Notes: generated from the sequence alone by a model not told the origin. 63,278 nt of DNA, filler included, from Basidiobolus ranarum (GCA_040143965.1; 11 parts of 11 records of this genome joined end to end with filler, not necessarily neighbours in it), one strand, 5' to 3'; positions 24,139 through 39,998 are shown, numbered from the whole stretch's first letter. Numbers and translations are program-made.

Positions 24139-24620
24139 ATGATCATCACAAATAAATACGTCCATTACAAATACAAGCAGTAAATTGGGCTTCTTGCCAT
24201 CTACCTCAAAATCATTGAATGAGTCTATTTCTTTGAGTACATGAGCAATTAGAGAAATACCAGCACTCTGATAGCTCCATCGTGATTTGATTAGCATGTG
24301 CACCAAATATCGATCCAATCCAATGGGCCTTCTTGTCTGAGTACCCTTTCTACGCCCTATACACTTTATATCTGTATATGTGATACGAAACTGAAGACTG
24401 ATGGTAAAGAATTCTCACACTATGCTGGCCGTGTGGTATAACAGCATTGGCTCAACTTGAGGTATTGTCCTAAAAATCTCTTAATGCTGTATAGATACTA
24501 TCACTCTGGCTACGAAAGCAATTTCCCAAAAGATTGCCAGATCATTCGTTACACTACAAAAATACCACTAAAGAAAACTGATTTATTTCTCCTTGAAATA
24601 GCAACCGTTGTATGAATAGT

Positions 24621-24686
24621 TTACTCACGGGACTGAAGCTTTCTAATATAGAGAGCAACTTCTTGACCTTCCAAGAGGTAACCATC
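24621..24686 (-). pseudogene. rps8: Isolated 3' fragment of 40S ribosomal protein S8
   Basis: Translates as DGYLLEGQEVALYIRKLQSRE*, resembling the eS8 C-terminus (DGYILEGEELAFYxRKL). No upstream rps8 sequence recognised. Confidence 0.55.
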
Positions 24687-25895
24687 AACTATACATCTTC
24701 AATGATAGGTTTACCCACAACTCCTACGCTTCTTTGATTTGGGAGCGAAAAGAAGGTTCAGTTTAATGATGGAATGAGTTTGAATTCCCTGAATCACGTG
24801 GATAATACTATCATGATGATGGGGCCATAGAAAATATGGTGGGTTAGGTGTATTTTATCTTAAGTAGTGTATTTTAAGGAATTGGGGGTGGAGAGGGTAC
24901 AAGTCCAATCGAATGGGCGATATGCTATTTGAGATTAGGTTATTCAACTATTTAGTGCATCCAATAGGAGATATTATAATATATTACTACTATTTTTAAG
25001 TACCGAAATGATATTCAGATCGCCTTGATAAGTGCAAAACTTGATTCGACCGGTACTAAACTTAGTTACACGATTGATAAGTCAGATTGGTTAATTATCT
25101 TACCTTCACCTAGTAATAATCTGCAACTATGGATAAGTAATCAACACTTATTACTTCTAGTAATCATTTCAAGGATCTGTCTCATTGATTGCCCACTCAA
25201 TGGCCGAACAGATCAAGTTATCTTGGATCCTATATAAGCCATGGGAGGAAAAGAGTATATCTAATGACAATCATCAGTGGTACAAAAACTATGGTAATAT
25301 GCTATAAAGGTTGAGGTACACAGTTGAAGAGGTTGTACTGGTTATAAATCATTGCCTTCCAAAAACTTCCGACAGATCCAAAATCGGTATTCCTGATGGC
25401 CAATATGTTGGGGAGTAAAGTAATAGTGCTCATGCTAGATATTATCAGTGTAGATCGTTCTGATTGGAATGAATATTAAAGAAATGTATATATCTTGAGC
25501 TTCACAGATTTTAACTAATTGCGCAGAAATAAAGTGTTTATAGTTTCCAGTAGAGAAACAAGAAGCAATCACGCGGCTATGATCAGAATGCCAATAAGAG
25601 CAACATCATTGAGATATTTGAGTTTAGCATCCAAATAGTCATATATCTTGTTTAGCCTAGGTGAATCGATTGGGTTAATATTTCACAAGTAAAAATTGTC
25701 ACATGTATTTTGGTTCTATTCAAAAAATATTAGAAATGTGCTATTACCATAATTACTTTTCTAATACATGTACCAATACTTAAGTTAAATGAAATAGAGA
25801 AAAGCATAAAGTTAGCTTACACTCAAATATATTGTTGAGTGAGATGTAACAATTCTACTACTTCATCTTTATTCAACATCTTAGTTAACTTTAGT

Positions 25896-25975
25896 TGTGA
25901 CACATATGTCAGAAACAAGAAAGCAACATATCTATAGCCCCTATATTCTAATTAGAAATATCTCTATATCCTATG
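25896..25975 (+). repeat. Family C repeat, left part (right part at about 27480-27606)
   Basis: AAAGCAAxATATCTATAGCCCxTATATTCTAAxTAGxAATATCTCTATATC matches the reverse complement of 16850-16915. Confidence 0.65.
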
Positions 25976-26179
25976 AGAAATGCAAGTTGAAATGCCAGAG
26001 AAAAATTGACAAATATTTCCCTTGATCCTGATTTGCCATTGGAGTCCCATCACAATATGCAAGGAAAACTGACTTCCAACAATATAAAAATTGATTTGCA
26101 GCTCATCCAATCTATCACCATTCCTAATTGCCATTTAACACTCTTTGTAAAATCCTCTCACATATTTCACTACCATCAT

Positions 26180-26720
26180 TATGGGAATAAATAAAATACT
26201 TGGAATTTATTTCTTGGGTTTTTACAAGATTTAGCCACACTTCTATAGAACTATGAGCCATTTTATGAAGAGTAATTTCTCCCTTGTTGTAACATTTTAA
26301 CAGCTACTAAAGAGCCTACTATTAAATCAATATAATTCCTCTGATATCTGTTGAAATAAGCATTGCCTAAACATCAATATAGTGATATAGCATAATATTT
26401 GGTCAACCTGTATTGAACTAAGATATCCCTCATCATTCTTAGTTGAAATTTACTTAAAATATTCCAACCAACTTGGAAGTTCTCAGTTATATAGATCTTT
26501 CAAACTTGTGCTCAAAGCCCCAAACCTTACACATGTTCCTATTTGGTGATTACCAATTCTCTTAAATAGTGCATCATATTTGGTTTTTCCACTCACTGGC
26601 AAAAGCCAAGCAACCATCTAGATAGAGAGGAATTTAGGTTTAGGGCTGGCAAACCAAAAGCACAAAAAACATTAGAAGCAGAAGACTTGGTTGAAGCTTT
26701 TTCAGCAACATATTGCCCAT
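26180..26720 (+). mobile_element. Probable LINE reverse-transcriptase C-terminal remnant, interrupted by a family B LTR
   Basis: Degenerate IKYLEF (about 26191; compare KYLG), KSLLLNQ, and HLDREE-frameshift-GLGLAN (about 26615-26655; compare LPxxxGGLGL), in the expected order. Confidence 0.4.
26349..26540 (+). repeat. Copia family B LTR, 5' part
   Basis: TGTTGAAATAAGCATTGCCTAAAC...GAAGTTCTCAG...ACACATGTTCCT. Confidence 0.88.
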
Positions 26721-27279
26721 CATAGAAGGTATTGAGCAGCTGTGAACTAAGTAAAATAGTGATGAAATGGTATTTGGTACACCAACTCTGCTGTTTTCAA
26801 GTGACAGTACAAGTGAAGAGTCTACTATCCCCAAGTCACATATTAGTGAATATTTGTGGAGACAAGTTCTATGGTAACACTGTGAAGACTGTTAAGTCCC
26901 CACATGGTTGTTTACCTAGAAACAATTCTTCTGTCGCCCGCAATCTGGATTCTGCAGCTACACGGAGTGAATCTGTTGCCAAATCAAGTAATGATTTGTA
27001 TAATATTTTATGCTAAAGCTGTGAGGTGGCTATACAGGCATTCAATAGCAGTGATTCATTAATAACCCAATTAAAGTAAAATGCAGAAGCAATAAGAAAA
27101 GAGGTACATGCCCAGTTAACAATGACACAAGTGTAGATGCTTATTGACTTCATCATACTTGTTATCTTTATCTTGATGCACCTAACTAATTCAGATATCA
27201 CACTTGATTCACTTAACATTACTTGGTCAAATATCACTTAGCTGAAAATCAGAACATGTGTTTCATATGTATCTAAATT

Positions 27280-27371
27280 GGACTTGTTCCATTGTGGCTC
27301 ATAGGTTTCTGAATACTTTATCTAATATGACATATACAGCACAATCTGGCACTATCACAGAGAACAAGTCC
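27280..27371. mobile_element. MITE, 92 bp, TIR GGACTTGTTC, 3-bp TSD ATT
   Basis: ATT|GGACTTGTTCCATTGTG...CACAGAGAACAAGTCC|ATT, with a perfect 10-bp TIR. A second copy lies at 46687. Confidence 0.88.
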
Positions 27372-27479
27372 ATTATATCAGTATTAGTAATTCTATACTA
27401 GAAATATCAAACTTATCCAAATTGCCCCAAAGATGGGTTATTTTACTCCGACAGCTGTCTTGAGCAGAACCCCAGTGTT

Positions 27480-27606
27480 AGCTTTTGGTATTTCCACCAA
27501 AATGTATCAATGCTTTATTTCTGGACAATAAATTATTATTGCACAATTTAATCACAACTGCACTTTTCTAAAGTTCCTCCAAACAGCCCATATTTTACCA
27601 CTAACA
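27480..27606 (+). repeat. Family C repeat, right part
   Basis: CACTTTTCTAAAGTTCCTxCAAACAGCCCATATTTT matches the reverse complement of 16545-16582. Ends ...CTAACA. Confidence 0.7.
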
Positions 27607-27769
27607 AGATCCACTGGATACTATACTTGAGCTTAAGCAACATGATGCTCTTTCCATCCATTCTCATACCAGATGTAAATCAACCTCACATCACACACAT
27701 GAATTTCAGCATGACTCTCTATCAAAACAGAGTAGGTGTGCAATAATTAAGCTTAGACAACAAATAGAA

Positions 27770-28800
27770 ATTTTATACAATAACTGTTTGAAGGCTAATT
27801 GTTCACCTTGGAAATCCTTGGATTCTTTAATATAGTCCTCTGATTGTTTTTATAGAGTTCTTCATACCCAAGGTTTAATTCATATCCAACACAAATTTGT
27901 ATCAATACCTCCATCAAAGCCCACCATTGTATTAACATTTCTGAATCAACATTATTCCTGCTATCTGGCAGATGTCCTGCAAAGTTCCCTAACAGAAATT
28001 TGAGCATTGTTATTGTAGGAAAACCATCACAATTTTAATCCATTTGGGCTTGACCATTTACTTACTGTTATAAAATTGTCAAGTTGGATTTGATTTTAAT
28101 CAACTTTTTCAGTTTCAGGAACAAAATTTCAAGATCTTGCTAAATAGTTGCACATGATTGGCTACAATCTCAGAGAACTATGGATCAACACATGTGCAAA
28201 AAATGTAACTCAAATTTTACACAATTACCACTTGAATGCTAATTTGTCATCTTCAAAATCCCTAGTCTCTTTGATATATTCTCCTGAATATTTTTATAGA
28301 GTTCTTCATACCCAAGGTTTAGCTCATACCCAACATGAGTTTGTATCAATATCTCCATCAAAGCCCACCATTGTATTAATGTTGCTGAATCAACATTCTT
28401 CCAGCTATCTGGTGGATACCCTGCAATATTGTGCCACTCTGTATTAAGTTCTTCCCAGATATCTGCATGGTCAACACCAGACTGAATGTCAAGTTGAATG
28501 TTCTTCTTCTGAAGCCACTTTCTGCATACTTGCACTGCATTTTTCCCTTCATACTTTTGAAAATACTCCTCAAGCACTTTGACTATTTTTGTATGTCCTT
28601 GTAGTGTGACACTACTGAGGGTGCTTTGCGGTGTTTGTGTGGCTTTTTGCTTGCCTTTACCTTTGGGACTAATTTCAACACTTTGAAAAGTACCAGTTGA
28701 GGTTGGAGAGCTGTGAGTTTTATTTGCTGGTGTTTTGGCTTGTTGAGAGGTGCCAGGTGTTGGATAAACTTCCAAATTTAGCACTCTTCCAACTGGTGTA
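27770..28800 (-). repeat. Family D coding-like repeat with an internal tandem duplication (181-aa open segment at 28239-28784)
   Basis: LIQWWALMExLIQxxVGYELNLGYEELYKN occurs twice (27795-28007 and 28239-28784). A third copy is at 10690. No domain recognised. Confidence 0.8.
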
Positions 28801-31619
28801 NNNNNNNNNNNNNNNNNNNNNNNNNNNNNNNNNNNNNNNNNNNNTTAATTAATTAANNNNNNNNNNNNNNNNNNNNNNNNNNNNNNNNNNNNNNNNNNNN
28901 GTGACTGCCATGTTCAAAAGTAGATCAAAATAGAGGTTGTGGGAGCAACGTTTTCAAAAAATGAAGAATATTGAGTGGTGTCAGTTCTTGAGCAGTCTCT
29001 TTTAAAATCAAAAGTGCGTGAATGTGAACCCTCTTAAATATTAGTACAAGGACTCCTGGGGATTGTCATTGCGCTATTGCTCTTTGAAATCCTCATCCCT
29101 CGTGACTGGTTTCTTTCATCGCGTGAATATGATTTGCTTATTGATGGGGCCAAATATTTGTAGTTCAAAAAGTCGTCATATGTTCTATACTAAAGTAATG
29201 CAATTTAAATGCTGGGAACTTGAAGCCTCAAATATGATCTAAAAAAACCATCCCCTGGGAAAATAAATCTATTATACTTCTAGATTTGAAACGACGGGAC
29301 ATTTGCTATACATGAGTATCTCGCGCTTCAGTGTAACTAATTACAATATACTACTCCATTAATGTATTACCTAAGAACATGTCACGGATCCGTGGGATTG
29401 ATTGTTGGCTAAGTACACTCTCCTTAGAATGCAAATTTACATAATGATATCAATATCTCTCCCAGATGTAGCATTTGAAATCCACAGTCGTCAACTCCGA
29501 ACCAGTAAGAGCTAGCAGAAGATGTGTATAATGCACCAACGATACCTGAGTGACGATTGTAGATATATCGACTCCTGATGCATATGAAACCCAAAAACCG
29601 AAAGCGAACTATACATCTGTCAGCAATAGAAGACTGGAGGTCATCGCTTTTATGAGCCATATAATGATGCAAATGATATGCGAGCAATCCCAATCCTAGG
29701 CTATAAAGCCCACTGCCAATAAGTCGGTCATGCGTCTATGGCGTTTAGTCACGCCATACATCTCGTGAACATTCTTTTAATCTACTTTACAAGCCAATCG
29801 TGGCTTAGCGTAAATGTTCAACAGGCCTCGAAGTCTTATGTTGAACGTCCAAACTTCTATTGGGACACTACTGGTATGGGCTTAAAGCGCAGTTAGTAGT
29901 GGGAAAGTACAGGTTGAGATTCCCAGGTTCTAGTTGACCTCCATAACTTTCCCACAGTAAATTACAAATGATTCATTAACTCCCAAATGGATATTTACAA
30001 TCCTACCCCTGATCCACTTCGGAGCTTGAAGTCTAGACACACGAATATAAAACCCACTCTAATGCGCAGTTCAAATCAAAATATCAACAAGTATTGCGAC
30101 ACTTACCAGTAGCATCAAGTTAGCTCTAGATCTAAACTGTAAAGGATATGATGTGAACCACCCACGACTCTAAAGCAAAGATTTGATTTTCAATCAGTAG
30201 TAACGATTCGTGAGCCTGTCAATTCCCAAGTTGCAAAAAAGATCCTCAAACTTGATTAATCTTTGCCCTCAGTGGGTTGGCATGAGTCCAGGATTCACAT
30301 TTCTGTTGATTTTGTGAGTTTGGGTTCAGAATTCGAGTTGCACCATGCACAGTAGCTATTATGCAATGTTCAAATAGGCATACTTAGTGATGGGGGATTT
30401 AATGGAGTATTCCAGTCTTCTCTTCTTTATTTACTACCACTGCATTTCTTTAAATTTAAAGCTTGTGTCATGAAATGGTTAGAGCCTCTCTATAAGTGTA
30501 CTTTACTTGAGCTTGTATGCAATATTCAGATTCAAAGACTCACATATAGCTAGCAAAGGTTTTTCTTTTGATTTTTGACTTTCTTGCTAGAAATCTATAA
30601 TATTCCTCTCGCTACCAAAATACCAGCCAGCTCAACATACAACATTATCTCTCAGTTCATACAGAAGAATGGCTTTCCATGGAGACTACTTGGTAGTTCT
30701 ATTTACTTGATATAAGTGATCTGTCCAAAGACTGCTAGTCTCCACTCCGATGAATTATAATCTCTACGTTGCTTATTTTAATCGAATTGCTAAATATGTT
30801 TAAATCTCGATGGGTGGAATATGCACATACGCTAGCTTAAGGAAATAGGTTGAGGCTCAGCTGATCATATGATTGGCACCACTAGTGAGCCAGTAATGAA
30901 TGGATATAAGGACACCAGTAATAGTAAGGGAGCAGTCATGGAGATGTTGAAATGAATATCCCAAAAATAGCTGTCACTTGAATCTTATCTTTGAGCAGTT
31001 TAGGGCATAACTACGTAGTTTGATTTAGAGATGTAATTTAGAATTCTCTTGGCAGAAGGTCCACATGGTTACGCGCACGGCAACCCACTTGGCATTGATA
31101 TTAATAATAAAACTTGGGCTATTTCATGTGGAATCAACTCCGGTTGACAGAATAGCATAGTATACATGATTCATCTTTCTAAGCATGCAAATCAAAATTC
31201 CTTTCGAAATATTCGTATAAATGATCATCCATTAAATATATATCTGCTTCGAGTTCCCCTATAATGATTTAATGGAAATCTATGTTTATATATTCCAAGA
31301 TATCGTTATCATTAAACCTTTATTCAGCTTTGAGATTTCATTTGCTTTTGTTTCTCTAAACACCAACCTGCTTACCATAGCTGAATCTTCAAGCTTCTAT
31401 ATTTTTCTCCAATATTAACCCTATCAATCTAACGCACTTAAACATCCTTTGAGAGATTGTTAGATTATCTCTATTTTTTCGTCTCAACTTTACTACAGCT
31501 GAATCAGTGGATATAAATTCTTGAAAGCAGGCAACTACTCTTTGTTTGAAGTGGGTGTCTTGATCTTCCTCAGCTATCAGAACAACTTTCTATTGAAGTC
31601 AAACTTAACTTTTTAGCAA

Positions 31620-34565
<2,946 letters not shown>

Positions 34566-34665
34566 NNNNNNNNNNNNNNNNNNNNNNNNNNNNNNNNNNN
34601 NNNNNNNNNTTAATTAATTAANNNNNNNNNNNNNNNNNNNNNNNNNNNNNNNNNNNNNNNNNNNN

Positions 34666-34776
34666 AGGTATTTCGCTACCTTAGGACGGTCATAGTTACC
34701 GCCGCCGTTAACTAGAGGTTCTTTCTAGGAGCCTGAAAAAGCTTTCGAACTTAACTTACTAGCACTGGGCAGGTGT
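34666..34776 (-). rRNA. rnl: 111-bp fragment of bacterial/mitochondrial-type LSU rRNA (domain IV); NUMT or chimeric contig end
   Basis: The minus strand reads ACACCTGCCCAGTGC...AACGGCGGCGGTAACTATGACCGTCCTAAGGTAGCGAAAT. This is the conserved 23S-type H69-H71 region and differs from cytosolic 28S (CTTAAGGTAGCCAAAT). Confidence 0.85.
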
Positions 34777-34786
34777 ATGTTCTTAC

Positions 34787-36063
34787 CTTGGGAGCGGGTT
34801 CGGTCCTCCAAAGATTGGGTTTTGGTCATAATCATCTCCCGAGATTCCACTGAACAGTGGATGATCAGGACCAACGTACATTCCATCACCACTTCCTATT
34901 CCGAAAGGTGCTCCTCTATCAAATAAATGTTAAAGATGATGTTTCTCTTCGTTTAAATGATCATTATCCAGTGTCAATTTAATACCTTGGAGATACCATA
35001 CCAGGTGAAGCTGCTAAAGGATCTAAATCGGAACGACCAATGCCAGTGGGATGAAAGCTACATTTTTTAAAGGTTACATAAGAAAATGGATGTTTGGCAA
35101 TAAACAACTGTATCAAAATTACTATGGTAATCCTCCATGTGAGGAACGAGGCTCATCATAGTCAGGGTACTCAGGTCGAGGTCTTCCTTGACTAGCTCTT
35201 CCAGTACTAGGGTTTGAATCACTTCCACTCGTTCTAGAGGAATGTTAGAAATATCTGGAAAGATTACCAGTATACAACGAAAAACTTACCTGGTTTCCTC
35301 ATAGCCTGGCTTATTCAGTTTGGGTAATAAAACCTGAACAATTTTGGTTCTGTACAAATCGACGACCTCCTTTAGTTTTTCAGGAGACCAGAAGATAGAA
35401 GCAAAGTGTTGGTTGGAGTCAGCAGTTAAAGGAAACTTGAATGAGGGAGAAAGGTAATTCGATACGTCTACTTCGAAAGACTCGATCTTATTGTTCTTTG
35501 GAGAATGGTTAGATGAATAAGCCACCAATATGTATGCAAGTTATCTCAAGTTCATAAAATATACCTCTTTAGTTGATCCGTGAACAACGAGTTTATTTTC
35601 AATATGGACACTCTTGATCAGAAACGTAAGCTGCGATTGAGAATGAGTATATCGAAAAGAATAACAGTCAGTAGAGTTCCACCCAGTTGGAAGTTTCGGT
35701 TCTTCCGTTTCTGTAAATAAATAAATCCGTATGAGAACGGTGAACTAAGTTTAAAATAAAAAAGCTTACACCAGAAAGTGAAGAGTTTATTTTTTGTTAT
35801 TGTAAAAGTTATATATATCTAGAGATTCTAAGGAAAGATATACAATTTTATACATAAGAAACCTATGATTACCTACCTGCTTTCCCTTCATCGCCTATTC
35901 CTAAGAATTTAAACCCTAAAGATATCATAATGGAGTGAAATAGAGCGGCCAAGGCATCGCTACCGTTTCTAAGCAATGCATCGGTACTCTCTGTTCTACC
36001 AACAGTTTTCTCTAGTAACGAAAGTAAATTTTGAACGCTTAATGGATCTTGTGTTGCTGACAT
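34787..36063 (-). CDS. PI31 proteasome regulator (PSMF1/Fub1-like), multi-exon, C-terminal exon(s) missing
   Basis: N-terminal FP-domain-like DALAALFHSIMISLGF and LPTGWN...YSFRYTH. Pro-rich tail with IGRSDLDP and GMYVGPDHPLF. The last donor site is at 34786. Confidence 0.88.
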
Positions 36064-36335
36064 TTTAGGAGTTATAAATGAGTTTGACTGTTATATTATC
36101 GTTCATTCCATTTTATACCAACTGGAGAACTTAAGGTTGGGTATGGGTGATGTCATTCGTCAGTGGATCCAATGAAACCTGGTATGAATTGTCATCACTT
36201 TAACTTAATTTAAACAGTTTATCATATTATTTAATCCAGATCTTGACGATGGGAATTTTTTCTGATTAGCGTTAAAAATAGTCTAAAGTTTGTGAACCAA
36301 GGTCACCTTCACTTTGTTTGTTCGAGTTACCAGAT

Positions 36336-38697
36336 ATGCCCATCTTCAATGCCAACTCAATATTAGAGTCCGATTCGGAAGAGGAGTTATTTAAAACCAC
36401 AAGAGAGTATGAATATTTCGGATAAATATAGTTCTAGGTGTTTTATATGTTGAAACTTATTTGAAATAACTGAACATGTATTCACTTATATAGAAAACAT
36501 GTTTCCAACCTATCCACCTCAACTCTATATATGAGTCCGAAAAAATCTCGTGGTTAGTACTAAGTGTTTTAGTGCTTTAAGATAAACCTATCTAAAGTTT
36601 AGAAACTCATGGTTTTTTGATTCTATCCTAACAGAAAACCTGGATGCGACTCGGATCGTTCGATTAACTTTCAATGACGACCCAATAGATCTTCATAATC
36701 AGGAGATCTCTAGGGAAGCCTGGGTAAGTCTAGGTTACTAGAAACCATATACACACTTGATCTTAACCAATTTTATCAGAATGCTGGATATCGTAAAGCT
36801 AATGAAATGGCTGAATTTCAAGCCAATTCATACACTTCACCAAGTCGTACTCTCTCTCTCAAAGAAAAAATCGATCAAGATGCGGAAGAATCGCGTAAAA
36901 TGCTGGAAAAACTAACATTGGAACGGTAATACCTGGCCATAAAATTGCTACTTTATAATTGTTAACACTATTTTTATATTCACAATTACTAGAGCTAGAG
37001 ACGAAGAAAAAACCCGTATAGAATTCCAGAGCAAGAATGAGGCTATGAGAAATGTACACCCCTATACTTTTTAGAAATATACACACTGCGTGCTGCTATT
37101 ATCCATAGAAACTAAACTTGTTAAATTAAGCGTATTGACCAGGTAATACGTCAGAAAAGAGAAGAGCAGGAACGAGTTGAGCAGATAAAAAGAGAGGCTT
37201 TAGAGAAAGCTGAAAAGGAGAAGCAAGATAAGGCAAAGCGCGAGAACGATATAAAGGAAGCCAGAGAACGTCATTTAAAGGAGGAGCAAGATGCTAAGCA
37301 GAAACAAGAAGAGGCGATTGTAGCTAAAGCTAATGCTGAGGAGCAAGCAAAAGCTAACAAGTTGGCACAGGAGGAACAGGCAAAAAATGTAAATAATTTC
37401 TTTAGACTACCCTCTATTTGATATTACTAAACAAGATTGAATCCAGATCCAGAATGCCAAGTTTGCTTCCCCAAAGGCTTTGGAGATGGCTAATAAGTAT
37501 CGTCAAATGCTTCAGGTAATACTCTGAATGTTGGTTTATTTGGGCTGTATCTAACCTGATGAATATTAGGATATCAACACGCAACTGAAACCTAAAATCC
37601 AAGCGAACAAAGAAGTAAAGAATTACTGCTTCAGTGCCAAAAGATCGATACGCCCTAAAATGGGCCAGCTTGTCAACACTGCCGAAGATGTCAATCGGAT
37701 TGCAAGTGTATTTCGTATAATTGCTGCGGAGACTACTTAGACTTACATTTTCTCTAATAGACCAATGAGTTGAACAACATTCTAAGCGACGCAAGACAAA
37801 AGTCCCCGGAGGTTTACCGCTGGATTATGAATTTGACAGCGAAATCAGTCATTGTAGGTTTGCTCCGAAGTTAACTAATTCCCAACCCTATATTGAAGCT
37901 TGCTCCTCTATAGGATCAAGCCGAGGCTGAAGTTACTGTGAAGCAGTCCACCGCTTACCCACTAGCTAGAGTTTGCGTTAATCTCATGAATTTTCACCCA
38001 GAGTTCCTCGATATACTCTTGGTTCGATTTATCAAGCACTGTCCATATGTAGTTCCACAGTATTTCGGAAAAAAAGCGGTTAGAACTGATATTTCATCTT
38101 TGCTGCCTACTCTACAACTCTAACAATGATCTCCTATACCAGAGCCAGTCGAAAGAAGATTACCTGAAAATGATCGGCTTCAAGAAAAAGGATGGAGACG
38201 ATTGGGAATCTGAGGTGCAGTACAATGAACGAATGGGTGGCATACTTGCTTTATACGCAGCCATTATTCAGACTTCACCTGAAAGTAAGTGTTTACCATG
38301 AGCTCTATGTCGACCAACACATGATTGATCTTTGCATTCAGATTTCCAAAATCCCTATGGAATCACTCACGGCTGGACATGGCTTGCACGAATTGTGAAC
38401 CTTCCACCGCGTCCAATTACTCCCATATTGATCAACACATTTTTAGAGGTAATTCAGCATCTTAATCATTATTCGAAAGCTACGTATTAATATGCACTGA
38501 TCTAGGTGGCAGGTCCAGTGTTTCTGAAAGTGTATCAAGATCAAGCCCACAAGCTGCTTCAGTTGATCATCCAGAGTTATTTACCTTTGCTGCCTAAAGA
38601 GAGCGTTGCCGCAAATACAAGACTGACAAGCTTTTTGGAGAGCTATATACAGAATGGCCGTAATATCACTGGCTGTGAAGGTCAACACTATTCTTAG
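36336..38697 (+). CDS. GLE1: mRNA export factor Gle1, multi-exon
   Basis: A charged coiled coil (about 37143-37390) is followed by the GLE1 domain: QAEAEV...AYPLARV, CPYVVP, YNERMGGILALYAAIIQT, GWTWLARIVN, FLEVAG...YQDQAHKLL. Stop at 38697. Confidence 0.93.
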
Positions 38698-38899
38698 ACC
38701 TACAAATTTCTACCATCCGATACAACTGTGTAATATCCCCTCTCTGGCTCCATTCAAATATAGATTACACTGATTCCTTATGATCGTGTATATGCATTGT
38801 TTATATGCCTTAAATGAAGTAGTAATAAAGTAAACTTGAACCACATAACATCTCTCAAAAATCTACTCCAATAAGCAAATACCTGTTTCTTGTAGCCTT

Positions 38900-39960
38900 T
38901 AATTCAGTCACTCCTCCAATGGGTATGTATTGCTGATCAGTACCCTTGCTACTTTAAAATATAGTAATGTGTATACCTGGTAGAGAAAACTCCATCAATC
39001 TGACAGAATCTACAGCAAGATAGTGCATTGGGTCTACAAAAACCTGCAAGTCTGCTTGTGGCAGGAGTGTTTCCAATACATACAATGATATTAGATTTAA
39101 AAAACAATCACCTATCTGAACCTCATTTGATAACCATTCAAATTCCTTCATCAAAGGCTCCAAGAAGCTATATATAAGTACTGATGATTTAGGTCCAAAT
39201 ATGATGGATAGAATCCAAATATTTTGACTCTTATACTGTTCACATGAAGGAAGATTTATCTTAATCAAAATTATTGGCCAGCAAACCTCTCTGATAATAC
39301 ATTTGTTTGGTGAGAAACCATCCAGAGCCAATGCAAATGTATGATCATATGTGTTCTCAAAGAAACCTAGATTTTTCAGACTCTGGTAACAATATCAATG
39401 AAACATATTGATAATACCATCAGCTTTATGGTGAGTACTTTGGTACTGAATCAATGATCAAAACTTCAAAATGAACAATCAACTATATATATGCCAAATA
39501 AGAGAAATAGTTACCTGATTCAATGATTGCCAATTGTTTGCAAATAGTGTATGACTTCTGATTTTTAAGATTACCAATGAGAGCCAAACAACCATTTGGA
39601 TATGAAGATAATATAATTACTAAAGGATTGAAAGTCATATAATTGACAAGTGTTTTCCACTTGTAGCAGATCTGTGATAGGCAAAAGTAGCCTATCAACT
39701 ATGGTAAAGTGTAAGGAAACCAGTAAACACTTGGTTGCTAAGGTTGGATTGAACTCTCCACTCCTCAATAATCTAGGCTGCTTCCACTACTGTAAGTGTT
39801 ATGAATAGACTATTGCTTGCCAATAACAAAGAGTTTGTAACAAACCTGTGGTCTTCTTCATCTTCTGATATACTACTGTTAGTATTGGAATTACCAAGGT
39901 CAATATCTAGCAGTCTGTTCTCAAAGTTTTATGGTCTTACTGGTTTCATCAAGCTAGCAC
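38900..39960 (-). mobile_element. CACTA (En/Spm) Tnp2-type transposase remnant
   Basis: ALDGFSP...WPIILIKINLP...NIWILSIIFGPK...SFLEPLMKEFEWL (38954-39331) matches Transposase_21 motifs. Frameshifted and CpG-depleted. Confidence 0.85.
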
Positions 39961-39998
39961 TTCTAACTATATCATTCTGTTCATATAACTGTGGTAAC

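Noticed and set aside
29884..29942. tRNA/SINE-like A-box (AGCGCAGTTAGTAG) and B-box (GGTTCTAGT)
   Set aside because: No cloverleaf can be folded, both boxes are mismatched, and no second copy was seen.
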